DNA of 63,546 bases, filler included, from Neolecta irregularis DAH-3 (GCA_001929475.1; 10 parts of 10 records of this genome joined end to end with filler, not necessarily neighbours in it); one strand, 5' to 3'; positions 25,226-38,590 are shown, numbered from the whole stretch's first letter. The notes: generated by a model not told the origin, from the sequence alone. Numbers and translations: made by a program.

Positions 25226-25883
25226 GATTGCAATTAAAAGTTTGGCTACGCCAGCGTGCCGCGAACGGTTCTGGAAGGAACGTCGGAGATTATTATGGCT
25301 ATGATGCCTGAATTAAAGTTTTGGTGGAGAACCCGAAGATCATCGAAATCGCGAGATGGGCCCACGTGCTTACGCGTTTATTTCCACTCCACCAAAATAT
25401 ATTTTTTCCTAATGAAGAAATTTGTTGAGGTGGATAAATATAAAGATGCGTTTGCCAGCTCTCCGAAAAATATAATATTTTCTTTTTGGAAAATTATGAA
25501 TTCATGATATTTTATGTTATTTTGGCTAAACGCACTCTCCGGTGCCTCACCAAAATTCAAAAATTACCCTTACCCTCGCCCTCACTTTCTCAATTCTACT
25601 GGTAACAGATGATGAATGTATATGAACAAAGATTGAGAGGGATTGGAGAGAAAGGGGATCATCATGACATAAGGTTGAGTTAAATATAAAGAGGAGACAG
25701 TAGCCGTACCTATATTCTTGCTTTGTATTCTCCGAGATATAGGTAAGTGATTCCGACTATATACTCTCTGAGATATGGACTGATTCAATCTTGTCTAGTC
25801 TCCCATAAGCAGTCTAGCGTGTTCACCATTACACACAAGGTTACACCAACATTGTCAGGTTATACAAACGCGAACGTTACAGC

Positions 25884-26234
25884 ATGAATACAGATGAGGA
25901 TGATGAATACAGCAGTCATGTCAGTAAGGACTGCAGAGATTGTCAAAGTGGAGCTAGGATGATTGCATTTGCACTTCAGCAACTTGCTACAATAACAGAA
26001 AATGTTGTTACTGCTACAAATTATGCACTATCAAAACCAGAGCGTGCTGTTGGAAAGCTCCTGAAGGAGTACACAGGTGTGCTAAGCGATCGTGATATTA
26101 TGAAGGCAGTGGGTTTGTTTGAGACAGAGATGAAGGCTGGAATGTTCCTGGTAATGAAGAAAGGAGAGTTCCAGGATATGTGGCTGCAGGATCAGCTGGA
26201 CCGGCTGAAACAGCAGGGAAAGGCAAAACGTTGA
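25884..26234 (+). mobile_element. Fragment resembling the C-terminus of a PIF/Harbinger Myb/SANT-type ORF1 protein
   Basis: AVGKLLKEY..LSDRDIMKAVGLFETEMKAGMFLVM..FQDMWL pattern, recognised from memory. No transposase nearby. Confidence 0.4.
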
Positions 26235-26585
26235 GAATTCTATATCTATACTTGTCTATTCTTTCAAAAAACTGTTAAGTTTAGGAAATACCGCTGTTGC
26301 CCCGTATGCGAGACAGTATACAGCGACACCCGCCCACTGCGGCACTATCGCAACACCAGCAGCATGATGGGCAGCCGCCGCAAGATGCTCTATTCCAGAA
26401 CGAGAGAGTCGGGCGCGAGCCGTATGTGGACCGCTGCACGAGGGGTAGGCGAACCGGAAAGCACAAACAGCGTGTTGAAGCGGGAGCAATAGTGTTTTGG
26501 GGATTGAGAGGACAGAAGGACTGCCAAAGTATGCGGTCGGCATCCAGTCCTCGCCGCTGGTTTGAACCCGATGAAAGGAAATGTG

Positions 26586-27954
26586 TTAACCCAATCTTGA
26601 AATTCTATTTTTTAAAATAGGCAAGATTGTCATTAAATAGTCCTCCGTATTCTCTTCAGTCATCAAGCTCTTCTCAAAATGTAATTCATAATCGGAGCCA
26701 TAGGATGTCCAGTATTCGTGATGCGGTATCTCGTTGGACAATAAAACATTACACGCTATACTCGTAAGGTACGAGCAGCACCTCGCGGTGTCAACTGAAG
26801 AATATCCACCTGCAAATATTATATATATTTGCAAATTGGAGGTCGTACCCCCACCGAGGAGCAATGTAGGCAAATTCCAGGCCAAAATCCGGGAAACTGC
26901 TTCGCCAAAGCTTTTTATTGTCAGATTCCATTCTTTGTGAGGATCTCTGATGAGACCTTTCATTATGAGTCGAGTGTCCAAAAGTAAATTTTCACCATCA
27001 CATCCCAGTTGCACAACAACCGCATCGGGACAAAATGAATCTTTTGCCAAAGGCACAAGGGCTTGAAATAGTCTCCAAAAAGTTTTGTCATTGAGACCTC
27101 TCTTCAGAGGAATATTCAGCGTGGTATGTATGCCTTTACCTTTGCCCACTGAATCGATACCTCCTGTATTAGGATAAAATCCTTTATCAAATCGATGGAA
27201 GCTCAATGTATATACTTTCTCAGAGTGCAAGAAGGCAGATTCAACGCCTTTCAATGTCAATTAAAACTTACCGGGTAGGTCATACCATCTGCAGCATGAA
27301 GATCAAAATCAATGTACAAAACCTTGTCGAATTCTTTTCGCAAATGCATTATTGCCAATACAATGTCATTGATATAACAAAATCCAGCACTAGATTTTCA
27401 ATACCAATATGATAAGAAGAGCTCTTAAACCTCCTGCCTCGTCTGGCATGGTGTCGGCCACCATCCCAGTTTATCGCAACATCAGTATTTCCACTTACTA
27501 AAGATTCTGCGGCAGCCAGGCTCGATCCCGCGAGAAGCCGTGTATATAATGAAAGTTCTGGAAATGGCGGACAGTCCTTTCAATTAAAGATAGCCCATTA
27601 TACTGACTTACATAAGCTAAACCATATTCTTCCAAGAGTATATCTTCTCCCTCTTCACCATCGTATTCAAGAAGGAATTTAGAGAATTCTGAGTCGTGAA
27701 ACGAGGAAAGGTCATCTTCAGTTGCCGACAAAGGTTCAATGAGCCTGAGTTGAGTATGATGTTTCAGAAAATACATACTGGACGTAATCGAACAGATTAT
27801 AGGCTTTTGCCAGTTCGTGAACAAGTGAAGACTTGGTGTAAAGCCCATATTTTGCAATCCCTTATACCCTACCTTCATTTGAAGGTAACAAATTCGCGAC
27901 TTCTTCCCACTCCTTGCTATAGACGTAACCTACTTTACGTTTGGTGAGACTCAT
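26586..27954 (-). CDS. HOS1: Class I histone deacetylase, Hos1/HDAC8-like
   Basis: RSSLVHELAKAY, YGLAYDCPPF, NWDGGRHHA, SAGFCYINDIVL, DFDLHAADGVE, QLGCDGL and LLLGGGGY; seven short introns. Confidence 0.85.
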
Positions 27955-28082
27955 GTCAAGAGTGAATATTTTATCACCTCGGTCCGACTCTTCCCTTCGA
28001 TATAAATATGGTTGGTTGATTAGATGGATGCACGTTCGTTCAGCCGAGTTTCCAAAGGCTTGTCAACTTCAACGTCAACAGA

Positions 28083-28384
28083 ATGCCTGGTTCCATTTCA
28101 GTAGGCCAAGAATCCGTACGCGAATCAATGAACAGTACCAATCCTTTGAAATCGACAGATATTTACTATAATAGTTGTGCAGGAGATCACTAGAATGTTG
28201 GGTGTTAACTTGGATCGCAATTCTCTATCTCTGTGTCTAAGTTTAGTTAATAACGGGGTAAATCCAGAAGCGCTAGGGGTAGGACCTATTATTTTACCCA
28301 AGACTTTTGTAATGGCAGGCGATTCTAACAGATTTATGGAAACGCAAGGCGCAAATTGCCACTGCGAAATCGAAAGCAACATGA
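28083..28384 (+). CDS. MZT1: Mitotic-spindle organizing protein 1 (gamma-tubulin complex)
   Basis: Spliced product RESMNIVQEITRMLGVNLDRNSLSLCLSLVNNGVNPEALGAILTDL matches the MOZART1 pattern; two short introns. Confidence 0.85.
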
Positions 28385-28460
28385 CATGAAGCGATTTGAC
28401 ATGCAAGAGTTGGTTTAGTCGATTCAATAAATAAGTTATATTTTACACTACAAGATAAAT

Positions 28461-31126
28461 CTATCGAAAGCCTTCTGATTTTCTCGGGGTTTTCCTTTTC
28501 TGAGATAATGGTCTAGTGCCGTAAACTCCTCTTTCAGGCTGTGTCATGCTGAATTCTGGGATTGAGGTGCTTGAAGCATGTGAATCAAAAGCTACGACGC
28601 GAGGTATAGATTGAAAATGCATTGGTGATGGGATTCGAGGTTGACTGGACATAACTAGTCGTTCTTGACTTTTATCTGGAAATGGTGAGCTTGGGGAGTC
28701 TACTTCTTTCCAATCCAACACGAGATCTCGAATCGACGTGTTTGAAGCGATTGCATCTCGCGCTAACAATGAGAGACTGTGCACAGCTGGAGAATTTTGT
28801 TCAACACTGGATGATCTGGTATTTGGACTAAAACCGGTACTAGCGAGACAAATATCGACGGCCATATGACAAGCCTCGAGCATTAAATCTGTCTTTTTCG
28901 ATATACTGATATCTGATCTTGTTTCAATGTAAGCTTTTACAAGTTGTTCGTTGATGCTTTCAGCGCACCATATGTCAATATCTGGATCATCTTGTTGACT
29001 GCCCATCGCAGGTACTCTGCAAGCATCAAGACCCAATGACACTAATTCGACATCGTCATTGAGTAAATCGGAAATAACCTTATCAATTGACTCTTGCGCA
29101 ATTTCAATTGCAGGCGCTGGAACACTCGTAGTCTCGTATCTGACAGGTCAGAAAGGAGAAGTGCAATTGCGAGACACTTACAAGGTCACCAAATTTCCCT
29201 TCCAGCTATCACCTTCTGGGACCACGGATTTTGTTTCAAAACTTTCACTGGTGTTCTCGTGGATAGATCGTATTATTTCCTTATTAATTAGGGTGAAATC
29301 TGCCAATCGGTGCGCTTTGGATCTCCTAAATGAATGCCAACTATCCATGTCTGTATCATCCAATTCATATTCTTGCTCTTCTGAACTCTCTTCATCTTCG
29401 CTAACATCATCAAAAACACCGCTCATCACTGGTGCCGTTTGTGTAGCGCAAAATGAGTGCTCGTTCACCGTCGCGGTAGAATAAGGCGCTGCTGTGGAAG
29501 TCTTTCGAAGAGCAACACAGTAAATGGCGAGATCCTTGGTCATATAGTAGAATCCAAGTAAAGGGTGACCAACATCATCACTCTCGAAAGCCTCAGCACC
29601 GGGAACTAAAGATCTGGAGAAAGAAAATAGAGAACTCGCGATGAATGTATCCGGGATTTGAATAAGATATGGAGATGCAGTACATTGGGGCATCCCATTA
29701 ATGTATGATCCCTGAAATCCGATGACGATTGGCACAATCCGAGAGCAAAGAAACATGGAAAAGACTTGGGATTAAAAACAATCTCGCCTAGAAGGCTAAT
29801 ACCTCGACCAGACTGATGAATTTGCAACGAAAGACTAGTGTCGTTTGCTCTGTAATGTTTCCAGGCAAATAATGGAGTTTTTGGTGCTTGAATATCGATC
29901 CAAACGATTTCGGACGTGGTAACTAGAAAAAGCCAAGTAGCTTCCACGGTTCTACTGACAACCATATTGCAAATCCGATTCGGGCCAGTGAGTTCGTATA
30001 TCTTGTGCATGCCTTTTGATTCGACCCCAAATAAATATACGCTGGTGCTATTGGCAATAATAAGGTCCAAACGATTGCTCCCCCAAATCATTCGGAGCCA
30101 GCCATTGTCAGCATCTATTATATTTTCTTCAAAAATAAGGCATTCGGGTTCCCCTTTATGAGATCCCCGTGTGCCTTGCCAGATGGATAAAGTCCCAACT
30201 CTTGAAATAACTGCTGCTTCAAAATCATTCCAAGGATTTGTAGCGGTGCAAGCGGGGACCTCGTTTCGTAAAAGATCTTGGGCAAGATGAAGAGATGACT
30301 GCAGAGACACTCGACGAGGATGGTGTTTATAACTGACTCGATACATGTATACTTCATTAGCGGTTTGTAGAGTCATTATTGCTGTTGAAATTAAACAGGT
30401 TATAGATCGAGAAAAGTACGCCTTGAAAGTCCAAACGGATCTACTGCAAACTGTATATCTTGTATTGGAAGATCAAACGATTTGGAATAGGCGCTTCTTG
30501 TCATTATCGTTCTGATAGGCACTGGAGACCCGAATCCCTTAAGCTCAAATTTTGTTTTCCGCAAAAGGGTGAGGCCTTTATTAGTACTTTGCAGAAAATA
30601 TCACTCCATACCAACTTTGTTCTTTGGCTCTCCTTGAATGAAAATTAAACAATTTTTTCGTTTGCGTCTGGTAGTTGAATCTCTTGCCTCTCCGACTGCG
30701 AATAGACTTCCGAAAACTTCGGGGTGTTGCGCCTCATAAAGTACCTGATTCTGTGCCTCTATGACGCAATCCATAAGCAAGTTGGATGGTATATAAATTT
30801 CGGGATAGGCATCTTTTAGGTACTTGTCCTATAATGTGAATTGGCAAAGAATATCAAACGAACCGATTTTCTCGCCATTGTTTTAGCCGAAACCGTTAAT
30901 GTATCTTCTCCTGGTGCTATTGTGCTGCTGGCAATGGAAATCACATCTCCCAGTATCTCATATCGCTGATCTCGGTCGTTATTTTGGAATTAAAATTTCG
31001 GGTGATACCCTCTTCCTGAGTGACAGCAAAAATCCAAGAACCGTCGTTTTGTCGTTTTGTCGAACCGTAATCACCGTATGAAGCCGAAACGTGAGTAGAA
31101 GATTTGTTGATTGGCCAGGTCGACAT
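28461..31126 (-). CDS. RRN6: RNA polymerase I core factor subunit Rrn6-like
   Basis: N-terminal WP...SYGDYG, PIQDIQFA, FLVTTSEIVW...AWKHYRANDTSL and C-terminal KRK...EGF; multi-exon. Confidence 0.7.
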
Positions 31127-31333
31127 ACAACATGGAAAAACTCGAATTAACGGAAGGTAGAAATATCGACGATAAACACACGTGATTATATTGCCACAAG
31201 AGAGAAATGTCATTTCAGTGTTATCTGATGAACAAATATAGTGTAGAACAAAATAGAAAAAAGAAAGAATTAATCCCAAAGAAACAGCCCATCCAACCAT
31301 GAAACTCCGAGCCTGTATGTATGAAGCAGACTT

Positions 31334-32747
31334 CTACAAAACACTATGATCATCGTTGAAATCATCCTCTCGTGCAAGGAAATCTCCAAGAGAACCAGGG
31401 GGATATACATGTGGAGATGTTTCAGGGTTATCTTCTGGTTTGATAAGCTTTATCTGGGTTGTGTTGTAACTTCCACAACTACACTTTAGTAGGTGAGCTA
31501 TATCTCAGATATACGTCTCGCACTTATGTCCAAGGAAATGATGTGGTACGCAGGATCGACCAGAACAGTCGTTACTGTACGTTAAACCAAGAGAAGGGTT
31601 ACAGACGTACCAACTGATCACAGTTTTCCACATATTATAGGGGGCAGGCATGACTTGCCTTCGTATTTCATTATCCAGCAGCCGAAAAGCATGCTCAGAA
31701 TTTCCGATTGTCTTGGAACAAGTCGGACATCGAGAGAATGTTGAATGTTTGAGATGCTCATGGTAGCACTGACAAGTCAATCAAGTATTACCAGAATATA
31801 ATATTTACGCTCTGATGGACGGGATGACCACAGACCATAAAAACAACAGTTTTTATCGAATTGAACTATACAAGTTAGATAGTGGAGATGCATTTGATTC
31901 ACCATAAATTCTCCGCAAATCGGACAGTCACATTCTGTACTGCGTTCAATGCATCGATGAGAACCAAGCAGAGAAATCGCCATACACACACCGCATTTCT
32001 ATCATTAGCCATTTATTATCAAAAGATTTCGCAACCTTGCAGTGAAAAAAATCCTTTCCTAATCCTTCACCGATCCTGCAGATTCCACAGTCGTAACAAT
32101 GATAAATGGGTTTTCTCGGATCATCATCCCATAGCTTACACTAAAGAGGGTTAGATGCTTGTTGTTTCAAAGATGGCACCTTGTCGCAGTAGTATCTTGC
32201 AAGTCTGCGCGAACAAGACGAGCAATCCTGGGCGGGTAGTTGGACATGCTGACAATACTGGCACATCATTTTCTTGGTAGCGGATCTGTCCAAAGTTGAA
32301 AATAGTCCTTAAAACAGGCATCATACCTGATGAGTTGGTGATCCTCAGTTTCATCATGACAAAGTCGACATGTGACCCAGTTGTTACAAGTCGAACACTG
32401 CTTTTTCACGGCCCTCCTGTAATGTTTGCATCCAAGGGCAAGGACATTGACGTCGTAATATGTTCGTTCTAAATCTGTTTGCGATAGGTTTTCTACTGCC
32501 TTGTATATTGTGCAGGTTTTCGTAGCATGGATATATCCACCCATCAAAAGGTTCTACAATTGCTCAGTCCAGCCCATGGCGGTGATCTACAAACCTGCAT
32601 CTGCTTTGCTCTATCTTTCTCGGGCAGGCCTGAGTTTTGGATCGTAATGAGCTTTCGCCGGAGGTCTGGATGTGTATCCGGATCAGAGATCGAGGATTGT
32701 TTATGCGCAGTGGATGATACCGGATTGGGCGCGATGTGGTCGCCCAT
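31334..32747 (-). CDS. CHY / CTCHY / RING zinc-finger E3 ligase (Pirh2/RCHY1-like)
   Basis: LGCKHYRR..C..C..WVTCRLCHDE, YYCDKCKLWDDD, HRCIERST.CDCPICGE, CGHPVH..C and GHKCETCGSYNT. Confidence 0.9.
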
Positions 32748-33996
32748 ATCAAACAGGTGGATCCGAGTGGATCAGTAGCAATTTAAGACGGGAGAGGATG
32801 GAGAAAGTGGACGAGGGGGAGTTGGTAAACGGGAAAGGCGCGTTTCCGCAAACGGAATTGGAGAGTTGCTAGGTTCAAACACTCAAATATAGGTCTCAAC
32901 ATCTGTCATATTCCTAAATAGAATATGTCATTGGTGAATATCCCATCTATTCCAAGCTCAAACATAGCAAAACATAAGTATCATCAACAGTTTTCATCTT
33001 GTGAACTTTAACGAACATCGCTTTCGCTATCCAGTAACTGCATTGCGGATACAAAAACTTTAATGCAATTCCTATCGTTAGGAGAAACTGCTAGTTGATT
33101 AGCACGATGATCCATACTTAAAAAAAGTAACGTTGACAAGTCTATTAGTCTATTGGCTGCGAGATCAAGTTGGAGCATATTGTGTGAAAGGGAAGCGGAT
33201 CAATTCTAAGCAGTATATCTTTCTGCCTTAAAACATCTCGAAATTCGTCAGTCACAATTCCCTAACTACTCTCAAGAGGTGAAGATGATAAATAAATAAA
33301 TTTATGAAATTGTTTATACGCTACGCCTTAGCTCTCTATCGCATTTTAATTCCAACAATAGCAGGTTTACGGATACCAAATCAGTATCTTTACTATTCGG
33401 GTTGGTGGCTGAATTATTAAGGCAACGGGGTATATAAAATGAGGGGACTGCTATGCCTAGCTTGGGTCCTCATATACTTAAGCTTGGTATGCACCTTTGG
33501 AGATCTAGTCTTATTCGTAACCGAGGACCTCAGCTTGCAGCAGCAATACTTAGTTTAGCTCCATAGACCATGAAAGATTCTATTTTTGCGTTTTCGAACT
33601 GCATGAATTTAAAATTAACATACCTCAAAATAGGTCCAAGGCTATTTAAAATTCCATGAAAGCACTACTCTAGAAATTCTTATCTCTATGTCTAAGTGTA
33701 CAAGAACTAGGCTACAAATCGCATCGTAAATGAATATTACAGGCAAGAGCCCTGGGAATTTTCACTTCTGAAAGACTGGCAGATAATCTGGTTATCAGAA
33801 TATCTGCTACTAGAACAAAGAATGATAGTACACTATACAGCAACTAACCTAGGAATTTTGCACTAAAAGACAACTCTAACGATGCATCTATTGAACTCGT
33901 AGGGAGTTGGTTGTGTGAAATCCAACATATCAGTATCCGCCTATACAATTTTTTATTTACGACCGAAAACACCAAAAAGCCTGACTTCGTCAACAT

Positions 33997-34459
33997 ATGC
34001 CCCAGGTAGGCATTCCGCCTGCTCAGTTATATCGCAAACTGCTTAAATCGGGGTTGAAAGCAGTATGTTTTGCCCTCCCGAATCGATACAGTATCCGCGA
34101 TAGGATTAGAGGTGGTTTTGAAGATTCGAATTTTCGACCGTCGATAGAAGCTATTGAAAACACCGTCGCTTTTCTTGATATTGCGGCACGTAGAAAAGGC
34201 TTGGAAGATCGTATTGTGAAAAATATATGCTTTATGCAGTGGTCTAAATCCCAGGATAAAAGAATGTAAGAGAGCCGATTGGAAAGAAAAAGTTTATATA
34301 TAAAGGCATATTCGGTACAATCAAACGACCAAGGGTGACGACAAAGCACGCAATCAAAATATCAAACAAGAAGAGAAAAAACTATTGGCATCCTCTTTGG
34401 GCCACTTCAATGATACATTAATTCAACTGAACAGAACAGCAAATCTCTGTCTTCGCTGA
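33997..34459 (+). CDS. LYR-motif-like fungal protein (DUF1763-like), 2 exons
   Basis: LYRKLLKSGLKAVCF...R.RIR..F, NTVAFL..AA...GLEDRIVKN, and C-terminal FNDTLIQLN..ANLCL after a 40-nt intron. Confidence 0.65.
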
Positions 34460-34539
34460 GAAAAAAAGTAACTCTTCACAAAGAACCCATGTTCCATTGT
34501 TATATATGGCTCGTTTCTCGCAAAATAATCAAGGCACCT

Positions 34540-35784
34540 CTACAGAATATATTTCACTCGCTCTGGTGACAGATATAATTTATTTTTAGTGATGTATCTT
34601 ATCACACTGTTGGGCAAGAGATACTCTACACTCATTCCTCTCCTGATAAATAAACTACAGCTCGTCAGGAAATTGCTTGCAGGGGGACAGAAATACCGGA
34701 CTTTGGTCGAGCTAATGTCATTGTAAATCAGTTGTTTAATGACGACAACATTTTTCTCATTGGTATCAGTACTTGATTGTAATAAAAGATATACCCTATG
34801 CTTATACAAGATATCATGAGCTAACAAGAAACCCCAAACATCTGACCCAGTCCGTTCCACGATCAAACAACCATATCTTCCCAGTATATGGTGGAGCTAT
34901 AGAGATCAACCTTTACACAAAAAAAGGATACATACATCCTCGTCGGCCCATACATCTGGCTCTCCCATGGATTCAATCAAATCTCCACCGGCCAAAAGCA
35001 TGATTTTGACTTTGCGAAAGTCGCCTAAATTAAGGGCAGGAAAGAGGATACGAGTATTGTACCATTCTTCGTCTTGGTTCCGCCTCTGACTTCGTTGATT
35101 TCATGATCAAAATGATCAAGCACTACAGCGGTTCGAGTATATTGGCCTTGTAAACTTTCCCAAGCATCTACCATGAGCCATGAACTAGACCGATCAATTT
35201 CTATTTCGATAAGCGTTTCATTATACCTCGTGCGTTCACACGCTAATTCGCACATTCTTACGCGGTGTTGGGCTAAAGCCAAACCTGGTTTCCGATAATT
35301 ATCCGACACAGGCGAGTAGTAGCCTCCTATAACTTCATAGTTTGTGGATTCGCGAATATTATCAAGTGCCATTTCTGCGATATTAGTCCATGATGCTATT
35401 TGAATTCGCACCAAATATTCGTAAATGGAGATAGGTGACGGGACTGAAACTCCCACAGGCAACAATCACAAGTGGCTCTTTGGTCTCGTCTCGTCCAAGT
35501 CAGGCATCTGTATTCCACAAATGTGGTATCATACCGACTAAAGGTGTCAAGAGATGATCTGCGAAACGATAATCTTCCAACACCGTTGCCTGTCTTATAA
35601 TTCCAGTCGGAATCTCTTCAAGATCCATCGCACTCTTGAGCGGAAATGGATTATCGTCCGAAGAACTGAGGAAAACTTTTGGATTATGAAGAGTACCTGG
35701 TTTGGCCGAAAAGGGACGACTGTGAAATAATTTGGTAGAGTCTTGGGAAGGCGGAATGAAATCAGGCGCAAGAGTGGGATCCAT
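34540..35784 (-). CDS. NMA1: Nicotinamide/nicotinate mononucleotide adenylyltransferase
   Basis: MDPTLAPDF start, PLVIVACGSFSPVTYLHLR, SPVSDNYRKPGL, SSWLMVDAWES and NDISSTKVRLF; seven short introns. Confidence 0.93.
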
Positions 35785-36079
35785 ACAGGCGCTCTACAGG
35801 GAGAGTGTCGATTTCTTATAAGGAAAGGAAGCTTTTGTTGCAGATCGCAGTATCCAAATAACGCCAATGTCCAAATAATTCGATCCGCAAGATAGTTTGC
35901 ACGAGGAATAAACGAGGATCCAAGAAACGTAAAGGATTCCTGTGAGTTTGTACGTACGGGATGTACGAGACGGGCGAGGGAATCAAGAGGTAACGAGAGA
36001 ACCGAAAGGTTTCAAGTCGATTTATTGAGCCGCTTTTAGAATCGAACGAGAGCACGTGTATCTGCTTATTGAAGCGACG

Positions 36080-36239
36080 CAGCCGAACCTGCTTCTACCG
36101 AATGTGGCGTTCAAGAGTTTCGAAGGCTGATTCGTTCTAGCATGATAAAAGATACCGCATACTAATCAACTTTGGAAACCAGTTGGATTCGTTATAAGGA
36201 GTTCATTGTACGCAGGTTTCCTATCGCCAGGTTCGACTG
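36080..36239. mobile_element. pogo/Tigger-like MITE, copy 2 (diverged, inverted relative to copy 1)
   Basis: Aligns colinearly with the reverse complement of 163-336; ends CAGCCGAACCTG...CAGGTTCGACTG. Confidence 0.75.
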
Positions 36240-36504
36240 TGCTGTAGCTTTCACACTGCGAGACGGTTCTGCCGCTGCGCCCGTGATCCACTTATCTATT
36301 TCTGCCTCCCTCGGTTTCAGCCTCGCGGGTTCTGTTGATATGTATCCCACTTCCAACACCCTCGTGATATTATGCAATTTACCTTGATTGGTTATCTAGG
36401 CTCTTTATTGGACTTGTTTGTAGTGTTCGATATGTAGCTGAGCGTATATTAATAACTCTCACGCTCAACATAATTATTCAAAGGACAGAGGGTAGTGGGT
36501 AGAC

Positions 36505-36570
36505 AGAGGATAGAGGATAGAGGATAGAGGATAGAGGATAGAGGATAGAGGATAGAGGATAGAGGATAGA
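36505..36570. repeat. (AGAGGAT)n heptanucleotide tandem repeat
   Basis: About nine perfect units running into the gap. Confidence 0.95.
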
Positions 36571-36670
36571 NNNNNNNNNNNNNNNNNNNNNNNNNNNNNN
36601 NNNNNNNNNNNNNNTTAATTAATTAANNNNNNNNNNNNNNNNNNNNNNNNNNNNNNNNNNNNNNNNNNNN

Positions 36671-37402
36671 ATTTATACGACGGGCGTGGTCAGGCTTACT
36701 CAACTAGGAAATTATCGAACCGTCCATCGGAACCAGGTGTCAAATTCAGATTCCTGCCCATATCCGGATGAAAAGGGTCGCAGAGGAAGGCGGCAGGGGC
36801 TAGGGAAGTGGGAGAACGACAACGGTGCAGAATAATCCTACAGATATTACACTTCGCAGAAATGATGCATCATTGGTGAAAATTAGCATACCAAGAGATA
36901 ACAAAGAAAGAACTACAAGAACAGGCTTTGAAGTTGACAAAGTGACAACAAAGAACTAACCCAACAACAAATATGATGCTGCCACTACTTGATCTGAGCA
37001 GAAGAACCAAGATCAAAAAGGTGGGCTAGCCCTAACCTCCTTGCGAATGCGCACTATCAATCTGTTTACCCGTCAACTCATCTGAACACTTAGCAAGACC
37101 TGGGCCGTTACACCCATCCACTACCGCAAATGTGCATGAGAGAGCTAGAACAATCGATAAGATAGCGGCTTGAGTGTTCATATTTGATTATTTGAAGTGA
37201 AACGAAAGGACAATTTCAGTCCTTTTTTTGGGGCAGCCATGGCGGGAATGACTGAGACCCTTTTCATCCGGATTTCGGCAGGAATCTGAATTTCACCTGG
37301 TTCCGATGGACGGTTCTATAATTTCCTAGTTGAGTAAGCCTGACCACGCCCGTCGTATAAATTAACCCGCCAGAACGCCTGAGTTCCGCTCCTTTCGCTT
37401 CT
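36671..37402. mobile_element. Non-autonomous long-TIR element, copy 1 (left tip in gap)
   Basis: 36671-36783 is the reverse complement of part of 37251-37402; TIR about 150 bp. The interior is homologous to copy 2. Confidence 0.75.
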
Positions 37403-37848
37403 GGCTTGTGACCTCCACTTGTGCTCCGCATTCCCAAACTGGACGGGCGCCACCAGTTCCCTTGTTCCGTGTGGGGTGTGGGCCGCATAATTGCCTGTAT
37501 TCATTAATCCTGAAAACAGTACACAAGCAGCATCCCCAGAAAACTTGTTTGATCGCTTCATAATTAGCCAATTGCAGGAACTAATACATGGATCTCACGA
37601 ACGAGCGGTATCCAAAACTCATGGTAGAAAAACGAAAAGACCACGAAAGGATGCGCCTCGACGAGGGCTTTCAGGTTGTTGATTGGTGAGCGCAGTCGTA
37701 TTGGATTTCTGTCTCCTGGGGAGTTGCAATCAGCTCCTCTTGAAGGAAGCTGATCAACGACGATGTGTGGAGCTTCTGTGCTCACTAACCGTTGTATATA
37801 TAAAAAACCCTCTTAGCTTCCACTGAAGACTCAAGGAGTAGTTTCCAA

Positions 37849-38590
37849 AGAAGCGAAAGGAGCGGAATTCAAGGCGCTCTGGCGGGTTAATTTATACGAC
37901 GGGCGTGGTCAGGCCTACTCAACTAGGAAATTATCGAACCGTCCATCGGAACCAGGTGTCAAATCCAGATTCCTGCCCATTTCCGGATGAAAAGGGTCGC
38001 AGAGGAAGGTGGCAGGGGCGAGGGAGGTGGGAGAAGGACAACGGTGCAGAATAATCCTGCAGATATTACACTCCGCAGAAATGATGGATCATCGGTGAAA
38101 ATTAGATAACAAAGAGATAACAAAGAGATAACAAAGAGATAACAAAGAGATAACAGAGAAAGAACTACAAGAACAGGCTTTGAAGTTGACAAAGTGACAA
38201 CAGAGAACTAACCCCAACAACAAATATGATGCTGCCACTACTTGATCTGAGCAGAAGAACCAAGATCCTAAGCTGGGGGCCCACAATGTGTCGCAAAGAT
38301 TCCATTGGGACAACAAAGAGGATTACTTGAATCGGGACACTTGCCCACTACCACAATTGGGCATGAGAGAGCTAGTACAATCGATAAAATAGCGACTTGA
38401 GTGTTCATGTTTGATTATTTGAAGTGAAACGAAAGGACAATTTCAGTCCTTTTTATGGGCAGTCATGGCAGGAATGACTGCGACAATTTTCATCCGGATT
38501 TGGGCAGGAATCTGGATTTGACATCTGGTTCCGATGGACGGTTCGATAATTTCCTAGTTGAGTAAGCCTGACCACGCCCGTCGTATAAAT
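37849..38590. mobile_element. Non-autonomous long-TIR element, copy 2 (right tip in gap)
   Basis: Starts AGAAGCGAAAGGAGCGG, the reverse complement of the end of copy 1. Direct homologue of copy 1, with an expanded (AAAGAGATAAC)n at ~38104-38160. Confidence 0.75.
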
